Source: Candidatus Omnitrophota bacterium | GTDB lineage: Bacteria; Omnitrophota; Gorgyraeia; Zapsychrales; Fredricksoniimonadaceae | Reading direction: 5' to 3' | Assembly (NCBI GenBank): GCA_903908245.1 | Contig: CAIVRE010000002.1 | Coordinates: 26,761 to 90,760, forward strand | Length of the DNA stretch: 64,000 nucleotides | In this document: positions 27,816-36,761 of the stretch, in pieces | Layout: each line of letters opens with the position of its first letter | Numbering within the stretch: position 1 is the stretch's first letter | Made by a program: the position numbers and the translations under genes | The notes under the pieces: model-generated | Databases searched by the model: none | Told to the model about the DNA's origin: nothing | Seen by the model: the letters and a program-made list of their open reading frames with translations, nothing else

Positions 27816-27945
27816 AATGTAAGTTTAATATAACAAAAGACATAGCATGTTTAAATATAAATATTTGATTTGTATGTTCTGCCATTATTCAGGAAAACCC
27901 CGGGCCCCTGAAACCCACCGGGACTTTTTGTCAATAGCCCTTCAC

Positions 27946-27979
27946 AAAAAGAAGAAGGGGCCATGAAGGCCCCTTCTTC
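27946..27979 (-). terminator. Intrinsic terminator after pilin gene
   Basis: GAAGAAGGGGCC-TTCAT-GGCCCCTTCTTC-TTTTT on minus strand. Confidence 0.85.
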
Positions 27980-28004
27980 AAGAAACACACTTCGACCACA
28001 TTCA

Positions 28005-28394
28005 TTAGGGTGTCAAAATACCGCCCGTGCTCATCGTGAAAGTAGTCGTCCCTGATGTGCTGACCGTCACAGGCGTAGCAATGAACGAATACGACCCCGT
28101 AGCGAATGTGCAACTATACACGAACCCTGCATTAGTGGTGCCGCAATAGTTCTTGTTCGTATACGGTGGCGTTGCACCCGTCAAAGAAGCCTCGGATCCA
28201 GGATAAGAACCATTATTCGCCGTTCCGAAGGTCTCGGAAGCGGTCGAAAGTGAACGCAACGTACCCTTGGCCAAAGCATCATTCGCGGAAATCTTTGCCC
28301 TTAACAGGTTCGGGATCGCAATAGCGGCCAAAAGCGCGATAATAGCCACCACGATCATGATCTCAACTAGAGTAAAACCTTTTTTATTAGACAT
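28005..28394 (-). CDS. Type IV pilin (probable major pilin)
   Basis: Class III signal KKG|FTLVEIMIVVAIIALLAAIAIP; Cys pair; own promoter, strong RBS (AAGGAGG) and terminator. Confidence 0.93.
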   Translation of the reverse strand: MSNKKGFTLVEIMIVVAIIALLAAIAIPNLLRAKISANDALAKGTLRSLSTASETFGTANNGSYPGSEASLTGATPPYTNKNYCGTTNAGFVYSCTFATGSYSFIATPVTVSTSGTTTFTMSTGGILTP

Positions 28395-28398
28395 ACAT

Positions 28399-28480
28399 CC
28401 TCCTTGAAATTTCTTCTAAAAAACCGTTTAACTCCCGAATGCAACGACAACCATTCAAGCTGCCGGGCTAAAAGGAGTTC
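28399..28480 (-). promoter_or_regulatory. Conserved structured 5' leader motif, copy C (upstream of pilin)
   Basis: GAACUCC-UUUUAGCC-CGGCAGCU-UGAAU-GGUUGUCG-UUGCAUUC-GGGAGUU, then UUUUUU-AGAA-GAAAUUUC-AAGGAGG. Confidence 0.7.
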
Positions 28481-28694
28481 CCTGAATTGTGAGTGATGTC
28501 ATACAGGAGAGCAATAAAAGAGGTAATTATAATACCAGTTATTCACCCGTTCTCGCCTTGACAACACCCGGTCAAACCAAAATGTCCTTGCCCTCCTTTC
28601 TTTAATTTCCTTTATCTTTCTTGCGGATCCCCCGCAGGCTTATGTATTTTATGTATAGCCTGCAACGCCGCCTCAAGAACACTATCCCTACTAA

Positions 28695-28723
28695 AGCATA
28701 CCATACCCCGAAGATATTGTCCA
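28695..28723 (-). promoter_or_regulatory. Putative sigma70 promoter of the pilin gene (long leader)
   Basis: TGGACA-N17-TATGCT with extended -10 TG, ~300 nt upstream of pilin ATG. Confidence 0.55.
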
Positions 28724-28733
28724 AATATCAATA

Positions 28734-29783
28734 CTAACGGACCTGGCCCATCTCCTTTTCAAGAAGCGCTTTCTTTTTATCCATGCTGACCATGGAACGC
28801 TGAAGATTCCTCAACCCCATGGACAAGTCCCTGTTACGCGTAAAAAGTTCCTTGAACCGGGCCTCATCCTTCTTCAATTTGGCATCCTGAGGCAACGCTG
28901 TCTTGGCGGTCCGTATCGCTTTCTCCGCTTCTGCGGCCTCTTTCTCCAGCCCCTTGGCCTTGGCCTCCAACGCCTGAATGTCCTGCTCTAGCTGAGCCAC
29001 CGCCTGTAAGGAGAATTTCGCCGAAACGTCATCCGACTCTTTGACAGCTACAGCCAGCTTCTGGCGAAGCCCGTCGATCTCCTGCGTACGGCGGATCATG
29101 TCACTCTTAAGCGCCGCCTGTTCCTGGGTCAACGCTTCCCCCTGGCCAGGCCCGGCATTAACGAACACAACAAGATCTTTCCACTCTGCACGCAAACGGT
29201 CAAGCTCGATAGTATACGCGTCAAGGGCTTGTTGTGCCGACTGCTGTTCGGCGCGCAAAGCCTCCAGTTCCGCCGTATGATCCTCTCCCGGCACAAGCCC
29301 GGTACGGATATCCGACAACTCTCGCGACAATGCCTCCGACTGGGCAGTCAAAGCCGATGACTCCACATCCTTGATCTGAAGCTGCTCTTCAAGGGTAGCC
29401 CTCTGACTATTGAGCCCTGCAAGGTCCGCCGCCCCCCCCTTGAACTGCTCTTCCAGCGAAGAATGCTCCTCTGCTTTTTTTTGATACGCTGGGTCCAGAA
29501 GCCGGAGCTGCGCGTTGATCTTGTCTCCCTGGGCCTGCTCAAGCTTCAATTCATCATTAAGGGCGCGGATCTTCACCCTGATCTGGTCATTGCCTGAAGC
29601 CAACTTCGCGTTCTCCCCGCTCAGCCGGGTGACACTGTCCTTCAATGTGTTCAATGTGTAATCCAGCTTATCCTGCGCGCTTGAAGCTGCCTCAATGGAT
29701 CCCGGCCTCGAAAGAAGGTCTGCGGGTTGCGCATAAGCCGAAAAAGCAAAAAGAACAAAGAATAAAATAACGGATCGTCCCAT
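28734..29783 (-). CDS. Exported long coiled-coil protein of unknown function
   Basis: Signal peptide (..FAFSAYA|Q), heptad-rich E/Q/L/A/K sequence throughout; between pilC and pilin. Confidence 0.75.
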   Translation of the reverse strand: MGRSVILFFVLFAFSAYAQPADLLSRPGSIEAASSAQDKLDYTLNTLKDSVTRLSGENAKLASGNDQIRVKIRALNDELKLEQAQGDKINAQLRLLDPAYQKKAEEHSSLEEQFKGGAADLAGLNSQRATLEEQLQIKDVESSALTAQSEALSRELSDIRTGLVPGEDHTAELEALRAEQQSAQQALDAYTIELDRLRAEWKDLVVFVNAGPGQGEALTQEQAALKSDMIRRTQEIDGLRQKLAVAVKESDDVSAKFSLQAVAQLEQDIQALEAKAKGLEKEAAEAEKAIRTAKTALPQDAKLKKDEARFKELFTRNRDLSMGLRNLQRSMVSMDKKKALLEKEMGQVR

Positions 29784-29821
29784 CAAGGCCCCCTCAAAAA
29801 AAACATGGAAAGAATAAAACC

Positions 29822-31030
29822 TCAGATCATCTGCGTAATGCTGATGATCGGCATGAACAGTGCTATCACAATAAAACCGATAACGATCCCCAGAAAACCG
29901 ATAATGAACGGCTCGATCAGGCTGGTCAGGGTTTCCACCGACGCGTCCACCTGCTCATCAAAGAAGTCCGCCACTTTGACAAGCATCTTGTCGAGCTGGC
30001 CCGACTGCTCGCCGACCGAAACCATCTTGGTCACCATTGACGGAAAAACCTTGCTCCGGGTGAGCGGCTCCGAAATGCTTTCCCCCTCTCGCACGCTGCT
30101 GATGACCTCTTCAATGACCCGCTCCAGCACGCGGTTCCCGATCGTCTTGCGCACAATATCAAGCCCTTCCAGGATCGGCACACCGCTCTGGATGAGGACC
30201 GATAATGTACGGCAAAAACGGCTTACCGCCACTTTCTTGAGCAGATCGCCGAACACCGGCAGCTTGAGCTTGATCCCGTCTATCTTATACGCGCCTTTTT
30301 CCGTACGCTGATACGCGATGCATGCCGCCACAAGAGCCCCGCCCACAAAAATGATCTGAAGAAAATTATTCTTAAGCCCGCTGCTGACATCCACCAGGAC
30401 CTGGGTCATCGCCGGCAGTTTGCGGTCAAAGGATTCATAAATGGTCGCAAAGGTGGGGACCACCTTGACCAGAAGCACCGTAGTCACGATCATCGCCATC
30501 GACACAATGACCGCCGGATAAACAAGCGCCCCGCCCACCTTGCGCTTGAGGCGCTCGGACTTTTCCATATAGGAAGAAAGCCTTTCCAGGACTGTCGTCA
30601 GGACGCCACCGGTCTCACCGACCCGGATCATATTGATGAACAAGCCGTCAAATACCCTGGGATGCTTGGCGAACGCCGAAGAAAGGCTGCTGCCCAGGCG
30701 GATATCATCACGTACTGTCACCAGGATCTTTCTGAACGACGGATTCGACGTCTGCTCCTGCAAGGCATCCACTGTCTGGAGGATCGGGATCCCCGCATCG
30801 ACCATAGTGGCCATCTGGCGGGCAAAAAGGATGACATCCTCGCTCTTGATCGGCGCAGTCCTCTCGGAAGAGGCCGGCATAAGCGACGAGCCCCTTTCTT
30901 CTTCAAGGCTTATAATGATCAGCTTGCGCTTGCGCAGCTCGTCGACCACCGCCGACTGGTCCGCCGCGGATATCTTCCCGGTGAACGTCCGCGCTTCAAA
31001 ATCTTTTGCTGTGTAACGGTATGTCGCCAT
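29822..31030 (-). CDS. pilC: Type IV pilus inner-membrane platform protein PilC (GspF family)
   Basis: MATYRYTA start, FARQMATMVDAGIPI, GETGGVL, ALVYP, GEQSGQLDKML, LIEP. Confidence 0.95.
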   Translation of the reverse strand: MATYRYTAKDFEARTFTGKISAADQSAVVDELRKRKLIIISLEEERGSSLMPASSERTAPIKSEDVILFARQMATMVDAGIPILQTVDALQEQTSNPSFRKILVTVRDDIRLGSSLSSAFAKHPRVFDGLFINMIRVGETGGVLTTVLERLSSYMEKSERLKRKVGGALVYPAVIVSMAMIVTTVLLVKVVPTFATIYESFDRKLPAMTQVLVDVSSGLKNNFLQIIFVGGALVAACIAYQRTEKGAYKIDGIKLKLPVFGDLLKKVAVSRFCRTLSVLIQSGVPILEGLDIVRKTIGNRVLERVIEEVISSVREGESISEPLTRSKVFPSMVTKMVSVGEQSGQLDKMLVKVADFFDEQVDASVETLTSLIEPFIIGFLGIVIGFIVIALFMPIISITQMI

Positions 31031-31515
31031 TATTTCCCCCCTGGCCCCGCATCGGACAACTCCCGAAGGGGATAAAAACGGTCCAATGCGATATCGATCT
31101 CGGTCGGGGTCGTGATGAACGTCGCAATATTGCATCCCGTGACCCGCTCCACTTCCGCGCGAAGGGCATCGTCGAGCGGGCCGGACATCACAATGCTAAG
31201 GACATTCCCGATACGATCGAGGGGGATCAGCCTGTCCCTGCGTGCCATTTCCACCGGAATAAGCTGTGCCACATCACAATCGACCATATGCTTGCTGACA
31301 GAAATATACGGCAGGTTGCACTGCAAAACCAGGGCCGTCACGATATCGATCTCGGTCAGTATCCCGAGGCGGATAAGGACCTCGCCGATAAATATTCCCG
31401 GAGAGGCCTTTTGATGCTTCAGCGCGAGGTCAAGGTCCTGGCGCGTGATAAGCCCTCGCTCGACCAAGACCTCACCGATCAGTTTGCGGTCCAGACAGCA
31501 TTTCGTCATAAACAT
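31030..31515 (-). CDS. Stand-alone MshEN/GspE N-terminal domain protein (no ATPase)
   Basis: KLIGEVLVERGLITRQDLDLALKHQ...IGEVLIRLG tandem motif, then PVEMARRDRLIPLDRIGNVLSIVMSGP; stops before any P-loop. Confidence 0.85.
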   Translation of the reverse strand: MFMTKCCLDRKLIGEVLVERGLITRQDLDLALKHQKASPGIFIGEVLIRLGILTEIDIVTALVLQCNLPYISVSKHMVDCDVAQLIPVEMARRDRLIPLDRIGNVLSIVMSGPLDDALRAEVERVTGCNIATFITTPTEIDIALDRFYPLRELSDAGPGGK

Positions 31516-31583
31516 CCCCCGGAATCCCGTCCTTTATTCCATTATATCCGTGATCAGATGCGGTAAAAGATAAAAATCCGTTT

Positions 31584-33284
31584 TTACTCATCCGATACGA
31601 TACGCAACACTTCCTCAATGGTCGTCTGCCCCTGCGCCAGGCGCTCGACCGCGTCATCCCAAAGAACGCGAAGGGTCTTCTGTGCGCGGGCATAATCCTT
31701 GATATCGTCCGAAGACTTCCCCTGCAGGAGCATTTCACGCACCGCATCGTCCATGACCAGGATCTCGGTCACCGCGAACCGGCCGCGATACCCCGTATGC
31801 CGGCAATGGTCACAGCCTTTCCCGGCGTAAAACCTGGTCTTGGGATCCAGGGCCCCCTCGAACTTCTTTAACGCTTCCGCCGGAACTTCGATCTCATGCT
31901 TGCAATGCGGGCATATCTTGCGGGCCAGGCGCTGCGCGCAAACCAGGACCAGGCTGGAAGCGACCAGGAACGGCTCCACATCCATGTCGACCAGCCGCGT
32001 CAACGCGCCGGCGGCGTCGTTCGTATGCAAAGTGGAGAAAACAAGCTGCCCGGTCAGGGACGCTTTGATGGCGATATCCGCGGTCTCGTTATCACGGATC
32101 TCGCCCACCATCACGATATCCGGGCTCTGCCGCAAAATGGAACGCAGGGCGGCGGCGAACGTCAGCCCGATATCCGAGCGGACCTCGATCTGCGTCAGCC
32201 CGTCCACCAGGTACTCGACCGGATCCTCGACTGTAATGATATTCTTGTCAAGGCTGTTCAACTGGTTAATGATCGAATAAAGGGTTGTCGACTTCCCGCT
32301 CCCTGTCGGGCCTGTCACCAGGATCATGCCGAACGGCTTGACGATCCCTTCCTGAACAAGCTTGAGCGAATGATCGGACAATCCCAGCTGCCCGAGGCCG
32401 ACCGAAAGGTTCGCCTTGTCCAATAAACGCATCACGACCTTCGGGCCGTAACTGGTCGGAAGGATGGACACGCGGAAATCCACTTCCTTGCCCAGCATCC
32501 TCATCTTGAACCGCCCGTCCTGGGGGATCTGGGTGACCGTGATATCCATCCGCGACATGATCTTGATCCGCACCAGGACCGCGCTCTGGCTCTCGCGCGG
32601 GATCTCAAGCACATCGATCAGGACCCCGTCCACGCGATAACGGACGCGCATATTCCCCTCGGTCGATTCCATGTGCACATCCGACGCCCGCTGGTGCAGC
32701 GCCTCCTTGAGCACCAGGTTCACCATGCGGATCACAGGCGCCTGCTCGCTGCCGTCAATATCGGCGGCATCTTCCGCCTTGACATCGGTAATGATCTCGA
32801 AATCACCCACATCGATATTCTTGCTGATCTCGGATACCGACCCCTGGTCCGCCCCGCCGTAAAAACGGTCGACCGCTTCCTTGATCTGGGACGGTGCCGC
32901 CATCACCACATCGATCTTCTTTCCCGTCAGGTCCCGCAAGTCATCCAGGGCAAAAACATTGAGCGGATCGCCGAGGGCGACCGTCAGGCTGGTCCCGAGC
33001 GTGGCAATAGGAATAAGGTTATACTGCCGCGCCAGGCGCTCCGGGACCTCCTCTTTCAGGCGCGGGTCCAGTTTAAAACGCCGAAGGTCGACTGAAGGGA
33101 TCTTGAGCTCGCGCACCAAAAGCAGGACAAGGTCTTTCTCGGGGATGATCCCTTTCTGCACGACCGCCTCGGCGAAAGGGATATTCGTTGCCCGCTGGAA
33201 TTCCAGCGCGGCATCGACCGCCTGACGGTCAATGCCCGGCAGCTGAAGAAGCGCGTCAATAATGCGTTCACGGACATTCGCCAT
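31584..33284 (-). CDS. PilB/GspE family assembly ATPase (paralog 2)
   Basis: GPTGSGKSTT, TVEDPVEY, LRQSPD..MVGEIRD, His box STLHTN, CPHC/CDHC Zn motif. Confidence 0.95.
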   Translation of the reverse strand: MANVRERIIDALLQLPGIDRQAVDAALEFQRATNIPFAEAVVQKGIIPEKDLVLLLVRELKIPSVDLRRFKLDPRLKEEVPERLARQYNLIPIATLGTSLTVALGDPLNVFALDDLRDLTGKKIDVVMAAPSQIKEAVDRFYGGADQGSVSEISKNIDVGDFEIITDVKAEDAADIDGSEQAPVIRMVNLVLKEALHQRASDVHMESTEGNMRVRYRVDGVLIDVLEIPRESQSAVLVRIKIMSRMDITVTQIPQDGRFKMRMLGKEVDFRVSILPTSYGPKVVMRLLDKANLSVGLGQLGLSDHSLKLVQEGIVKPFGMILVTGPTGSGKSTTLYSIINQLNSLDKNIITVEDPVEYLVDGLTQIEVRSDIGLTFAAALRSILRQSPDIVMVGEIRDNETADIAIKASLTGQLVFSTLHTNDAAGALTRLVDMDVEPFLVASSLVLVCAQRLARKICPHCKHEIEVPAEALKKFEGALDPKTRFYAGKGCDHCRHTGYRGRFAVTEILVMDDAVREMLLQGKSSDDIKDYARAQKTLRVLWDDAVERLAQGQTTIEEVLRIVSDE

Positions 33285-33287
33285 AGC

Positions 33288-35012
33288 CTATTTCTCGTCC
33301 TGCGCGGTAACGCGCACGACCTCCTCAAGTGATGTCAGGCCTTTGGCCGCCTTGGCCAATGCATCCTCGCGCATCGTACGCATCCCCTCGGCACGGCCCG
33401 CGGACTTGATCTGGATCTCACCGGCCCTCGCGAGGATAAGTTTCTTTACCCCCAAAGACATCGGCAGGACTTCATGGATGCCTACGCGCCCGGAATAGCC
33501 GGACTTCAGGCACTGCACGCACCCTTTCCCGTGATAAAATGTCAAATCCTTGCCCGGGATGATCTTCCCGATATTCAGCTTGTTATAAAGCGTCTCGGAA
33601 ATGGTCACAGGTTCCTTGCAGCTGGGGCAAATGCGGCGCACCAACCGCTGCGCCACCAGGCAATTGACCGCGGAACAGATCAGAAAAGGCTCGATCCCCA
33701 TATTGACCATACGCACAACAGACCCGGACGCCGTCGTGGTATGCAAAGAACTGACCACCAGGTGCCCCGTGAGCGCGGCCTTGATCCCGATATCCAACGT
33801 TTCGGAATCACGGATCTCGCCGATCATGATCACATCCGGGTCCTGGCGCAGGATCGACCGCAGCGTCGCGGAGAACGTCAGGCCGACCTCATAACGGATA
33901 TTGACCTGGTTAAGGCCCTTCATCTGATACTCAACAGGGTCCTCGACGGTCACGATATTCTTACCCGGAGAATCGATATGCCGAAGGATGGAATAAAGCG
34001 TTGTGGTCTTTCCCGAACCCGTTGGGCCGCAGATCAAGATCAATCCGTGCGGACGGTCACAAGCCTCCTTGAGCCGGGCCAGCGGACCGGCTTCGATACC
34101 GAGCTTTTCGATATCCACCCGGCCCTGGTTCTTGTCCAGGACACGCAAGACCACCTTCTCTCCGTAAACCGTCGGCAGGACGCTCACGCGGAAATCCACT
34201 TCCTTGCCGCCTTCCAGGACAGATTTAAAACGGCCGTCCTGTGGCAAACGATGCTCGGAAATATCCAGGTTCGACACAACCTTGATCCGCGACACGATCG
34301 GAAAATGCAATGCCTTGGACATACGGTCGATCTCCCGCAGGACGCCATCAACGCGATAACGGATCCGCAAGCTCTTTTCCAGCGGCTCAATGAACACATC
34401 ACTGGCTTTGGCGGCAACAGCCTGACGGACGATCGTATTCGCCAGGCGGATAATAGGCGCTTCCTGCGTAATGCTCTCGATCTCTTTCGCGTCGAACTTT
34501 TCACCGCCCTCATGGATCAGTTCCACTTCCTCGGCGTCCTTAATATCGCGCAGGATCTTGTCAAAAGACTCGTCCGGCTTCGGAGCGGTATACTGCTCGA
34601 TCGCGTCCTGGATATCTTTCGGGCGCCCGATAATAGGAGTGATCGTAAGCCCCGTGAGCGCCTTCACATTATCGATCGCGAAAATGTTGAGCGGGTCCGC
34701 CATGGCCAATGACAGATTGTCTCCGATGCGCGACACCGGAAGGATGCGGTATTTTCTCAGGATCTCCACCGGAAGGAGATTAACAACGGCAAGATCGATC
34801 TTAAGACGGGAAATGTTGATCACCGGAAGATGCAGCCCCTCGCTCAAAAGGAACGCGAGCTGCTCCTCATCAATAAGGCCCATCCGCACGAGGATCTTGC
34901 TCAACTCCCCGCCGGTAGTATCCTGCTCCTGGATCGCGCGGCCAAGATCCTCTGAACTCAGGATCCCGTCACGGAGCAAAATAGCCTTGATCCGTTCTTT
35001 GAATGTCGGCAT
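33288..35012 (-). CDS. PilB/GspE family assembly ATPase (paralog 1)
   Basis: GPTGSGKTTT, TVEDPVEY, LRQDPDVIMIGEIRD, TGHLVVSSLHT, CPSC/CVQC. Confidence 0.95.
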   Translation of the reverse strand: MPTFKERIKAILLRDGILSSEDLGRAIQEQDTTGGELSKILVRMGLIDEEQLAFLLSEGLHLPVINISRLKIDLAVVNLLPVEILRKYRILPVSRIGDNLSLAMADPLNIFAIDNVKALTGLTITPIIGRPKDIQDAIEQYTAPKPDESFDKILRDIKDAEEVELIHEGGEKFDAKEIESITQEAPIIRLANTIVRQAVAAKASDVFIEPLEKSLRIRYRVDGVLREIDRMSKALHFPIVSRIKVVSNLDISEHRLPQDGRFKSVLEGGKEVDFRVSVLPTVYGEKVVLRVLDKNQGRVDIEKLGIEAGPLARLKEACDRPHGLILICGPTGSGKTTTLYSILRHIDSPGKNIVTVEDPVEYQMKGLNQVNIRYEVGLTFSATLRSILRQDPDVIMIGEIRDSETLDIGIKAALTGHLVVSSLHTTTASGSVVRMVNMGIEPFLICSAVNCLVAQRLVRRICPSCKEPVTISETLYNKLNIGKIIPGKDLTFYHGKGCVQCLKSGYSGRVGIHEVLPMSLGVKKLILARAGEIQIKSAGRAEGMRTMREDALAKAAKGLTSLEEVVRVTAQDEK

Positions 35013-35461
35013 TAATCCCCGCTGTAATATCTTTTAATGGCGTTACGAATATCCGTCGTGGTGCTCACAAACGCCTGCACGGTACACCCGGTCAGAAGCT
35101 CAACATTTTCCACCGCCTTCATATTAAGCGGATTTGACATTGCCAACGTCAGGCTCTTGCCGATCTTGTCGATCGGGATCAGGCAGAACTGCTCGCATAC
35201 ATTCCCCGGGACAGACCTGGCCACGTCGGCATCGATCTCGTAATTGGCCAAAGGCAAATAAGGGAACCCGTACTGGCATGTCAATGCCTGGGCAATATCC
35301 TCTTCCGTGGCAAGTCCCAGCTGGATCAGGGCCTCACCGAAAAGGACTCCGGCATGAGAATGCTGGAACTCAAGGGCTTTTTCCAGATGATCGCGCGCAA
35401 TAAGCCCGCGTTCCACCAGAAGCTCACCCAAATGTTTATTGGAAGACCGTTCGTATCGCAT
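35012..35461 (-). CDS. Stand-alone MshEN/GspE N-terminal domain protein (no ATPase)
   Basis: KHLGELLVERGLIARDHLEKALEFQ...FGEALIQLG, LIPIDKIGKSLTLAMSNP; paralog of 31030-31515. Confidence 0.87.
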   Translation of the reverse strand: MRYERSSNKHLGELLVERGLIARDHLEKALEFQHSHAGVLFGEALIQLGLATEEDIAQALTCQYGFPYLPLANYEIDADVARSVPGNVCEQFCLIPIDKIGKSLTLAMSNPLNMKAVENVELLTGCTVQAFVSTTTDIRNAIKRYYSGD

Positions 35462-35542
35462 TTAAACCCGGATTTTCCCCGTATGCCTTGATCCCCATTA
35501 AGAAACACGGGGAAAGTTTCTATTAAGACTTCATTACATCAT

Positions 35543-35571
35543 ACTTTACTTAATTAAATATTATATGTCAA
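35543..35571 (-). promoter_or_regulatory. Putative promoter of the MshEN-pilB-pilB-MshEN-pilC operon
   Basis: TTGACA-N17-TAAAGT in AT-rich intergenic DNA, minus strand. Confidence 0.5.
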
Positions 35572-35585
35572 TCCAACCCCTGCTT

Positions 35586-35649
35586 TTCCCCCACCCCGGG
35601 GGGCGAAGAAGGCCGGATGGCTTTCTTCACCCCCGGGGTGAAGGAGGTT
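35586..35649. repeat. REP-like palindromes, family 2 (two copies, one degenerate)
   Basis: CTTCACCCCCGGGGTGAAG(GAGGTT) at 35625-35649 and a degenerate copy at ~35586-35607; related to 46090-46122. Confidence 0.6.
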
Positions 35650-35657
35650 CGGGGTGA

Positions 35658-36761
35658 TTAAGCCGACCGCTTGGAACTCAAGTTCAGGAGTATCCCGATG
35701 AGCACGGCAAAGACCATGAACGATGTGCGCCCATAACTGATAAGGGGCAGTGTAATACCTACCACCGGGCTCAGGCCGATGGTCATGCTGATATTGATCA
35801 CGACCTGCAGGGCCAGGATGCTGACAACACCGATCGCCATCATATGCCCAAAACGATCCTTCACTCGTTCGGCGATCTGCAACCCTGTCCAGATCAGCAT
35901 AAAATAACAGACCAAAAGAAAGACCGCCCCCAGAAAGCCCCACTCCTCGCCGATCACAGAAAAAATGAAATCCGTATGCCGCTCCGGCAGAAAATTCAAC
36001 TGGTTCTGCGTACCCGCCAGCCAACCCTTGCCGAACATCTGCCCGGATCCTACCGCGATCCTCGATTGAATGATCGTATACCCGGCCCCCAGGGGATCAG
36101 CGTTCGGATTCATAAAAACCAGGATGCGGTCCCGCTGATAATCCTTCAGAAAATGCCAGCCAACCGGAACCAGGGCCGTACAAGCGCCCAGAAAGATCCC
36201 GAACGGCCGCATCTCCTCACCCGAAGCGTAAACCATCACAATAAAGATCCCGAGCACCAGAAGGGCCGTGCCCAGATCCGGTTGTTTAAAGATCAGTGCA
36301 AAACTGATGAGTACAAGAATGAAAGGGAACAGCAGGTCCTGACAGGCAGCGCGCATGGCCCCCCGCACACTGAAAGAAAACCTTTCGTTGCTGGAACTGA
36401 AATACCGCGCCAGCATCACGATGACCGCAAGCTTCGAAAGCTCTGAGGGCTGGAAAGAGAAAAACCCCATGTTGAACCAGCGCGTGGCCCCCAACGCCGA
36501 ACGGCCGGAAAAAAGGACCGCCAGCAGGAGCACAACGCTTAAGCCATAGATCACATACGCGCTATCATAAAAGAACCGGTAGCTCACACGGCTTAAGATG
36601 AACATCACGCCCAGGGCCATCAACGACCAGATCAGCTGGTCAAAGAACACCTGGCGGGTCACGCGGACATTCTCGTAGGTCGCACTGTAAAGCGCGATCA
36701 GCCCGACCGCGATAATAAATATGGTAAACACCCATATGGTGCGGGTCTCGGCGTTGCTCAT
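35658..36761 (-). CDS. rodA: Rod shape-determining protein RodA (SEDS)
   Basis: GATRW, QPSELSK, QPDLGT, YQRDRI, LPERHTDFIF, GITLPLISYG. Confidence 0.96.
   Translation of the reverse strand: MSNAETRTIWVFTIFIIAVGLIALYSATYENVRVTRQVFFDQLIWSLMALGVMFILSRVSYRFFYDSAYVIYGLSVVLLLAVLFSGRSALGATRWFNMGFFSFQPSELSKLAVIVMLARYFSSSNERFSFSVRGAMRAACQDLLFPFILVLISFALIFKQPDLGTALLVLGIFIVMVYASGEEMRPFGIFLGACTALVPVGWHFLKDYQRDRILVFMNPNADPLGAGYTIIQSRIAVGSGQMFGKGWLAGTQNQLNFLPERHTDFIFSVIGEEWGFLGAVFLLVCYFMLIWTGLQIAERVKDRFGHMMAIGVVSILALQVVINISMTIGLSPVVGITLPLISYGRTSFMVFAVLIGILLNLSSKRSA

Noticed and set aside
27875-27890. ATGGCAGAA upstream of pilM (and at ~63924-63932) as a sigma54 promoter or shared operator
   Set aside because: No TTGC at the -12 position; a 9-bp match in two places is too weak to support a claim
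17580-28480. Repeated elements read as a CRISPR array or as a known c-di-GMP riboswitch
   Set aside because: Copies are kilobases apart with no spacers or cas genes, and the GEMM-I hallmarks (GGCAAAC...GACGCAAAGC) are absent
35554-36024. 156-aa minus-strand ORF overlapping the rodA 3' half
   Set aside because: Alternative frame of rodA running into palindromic intergenic DNA; no coding features
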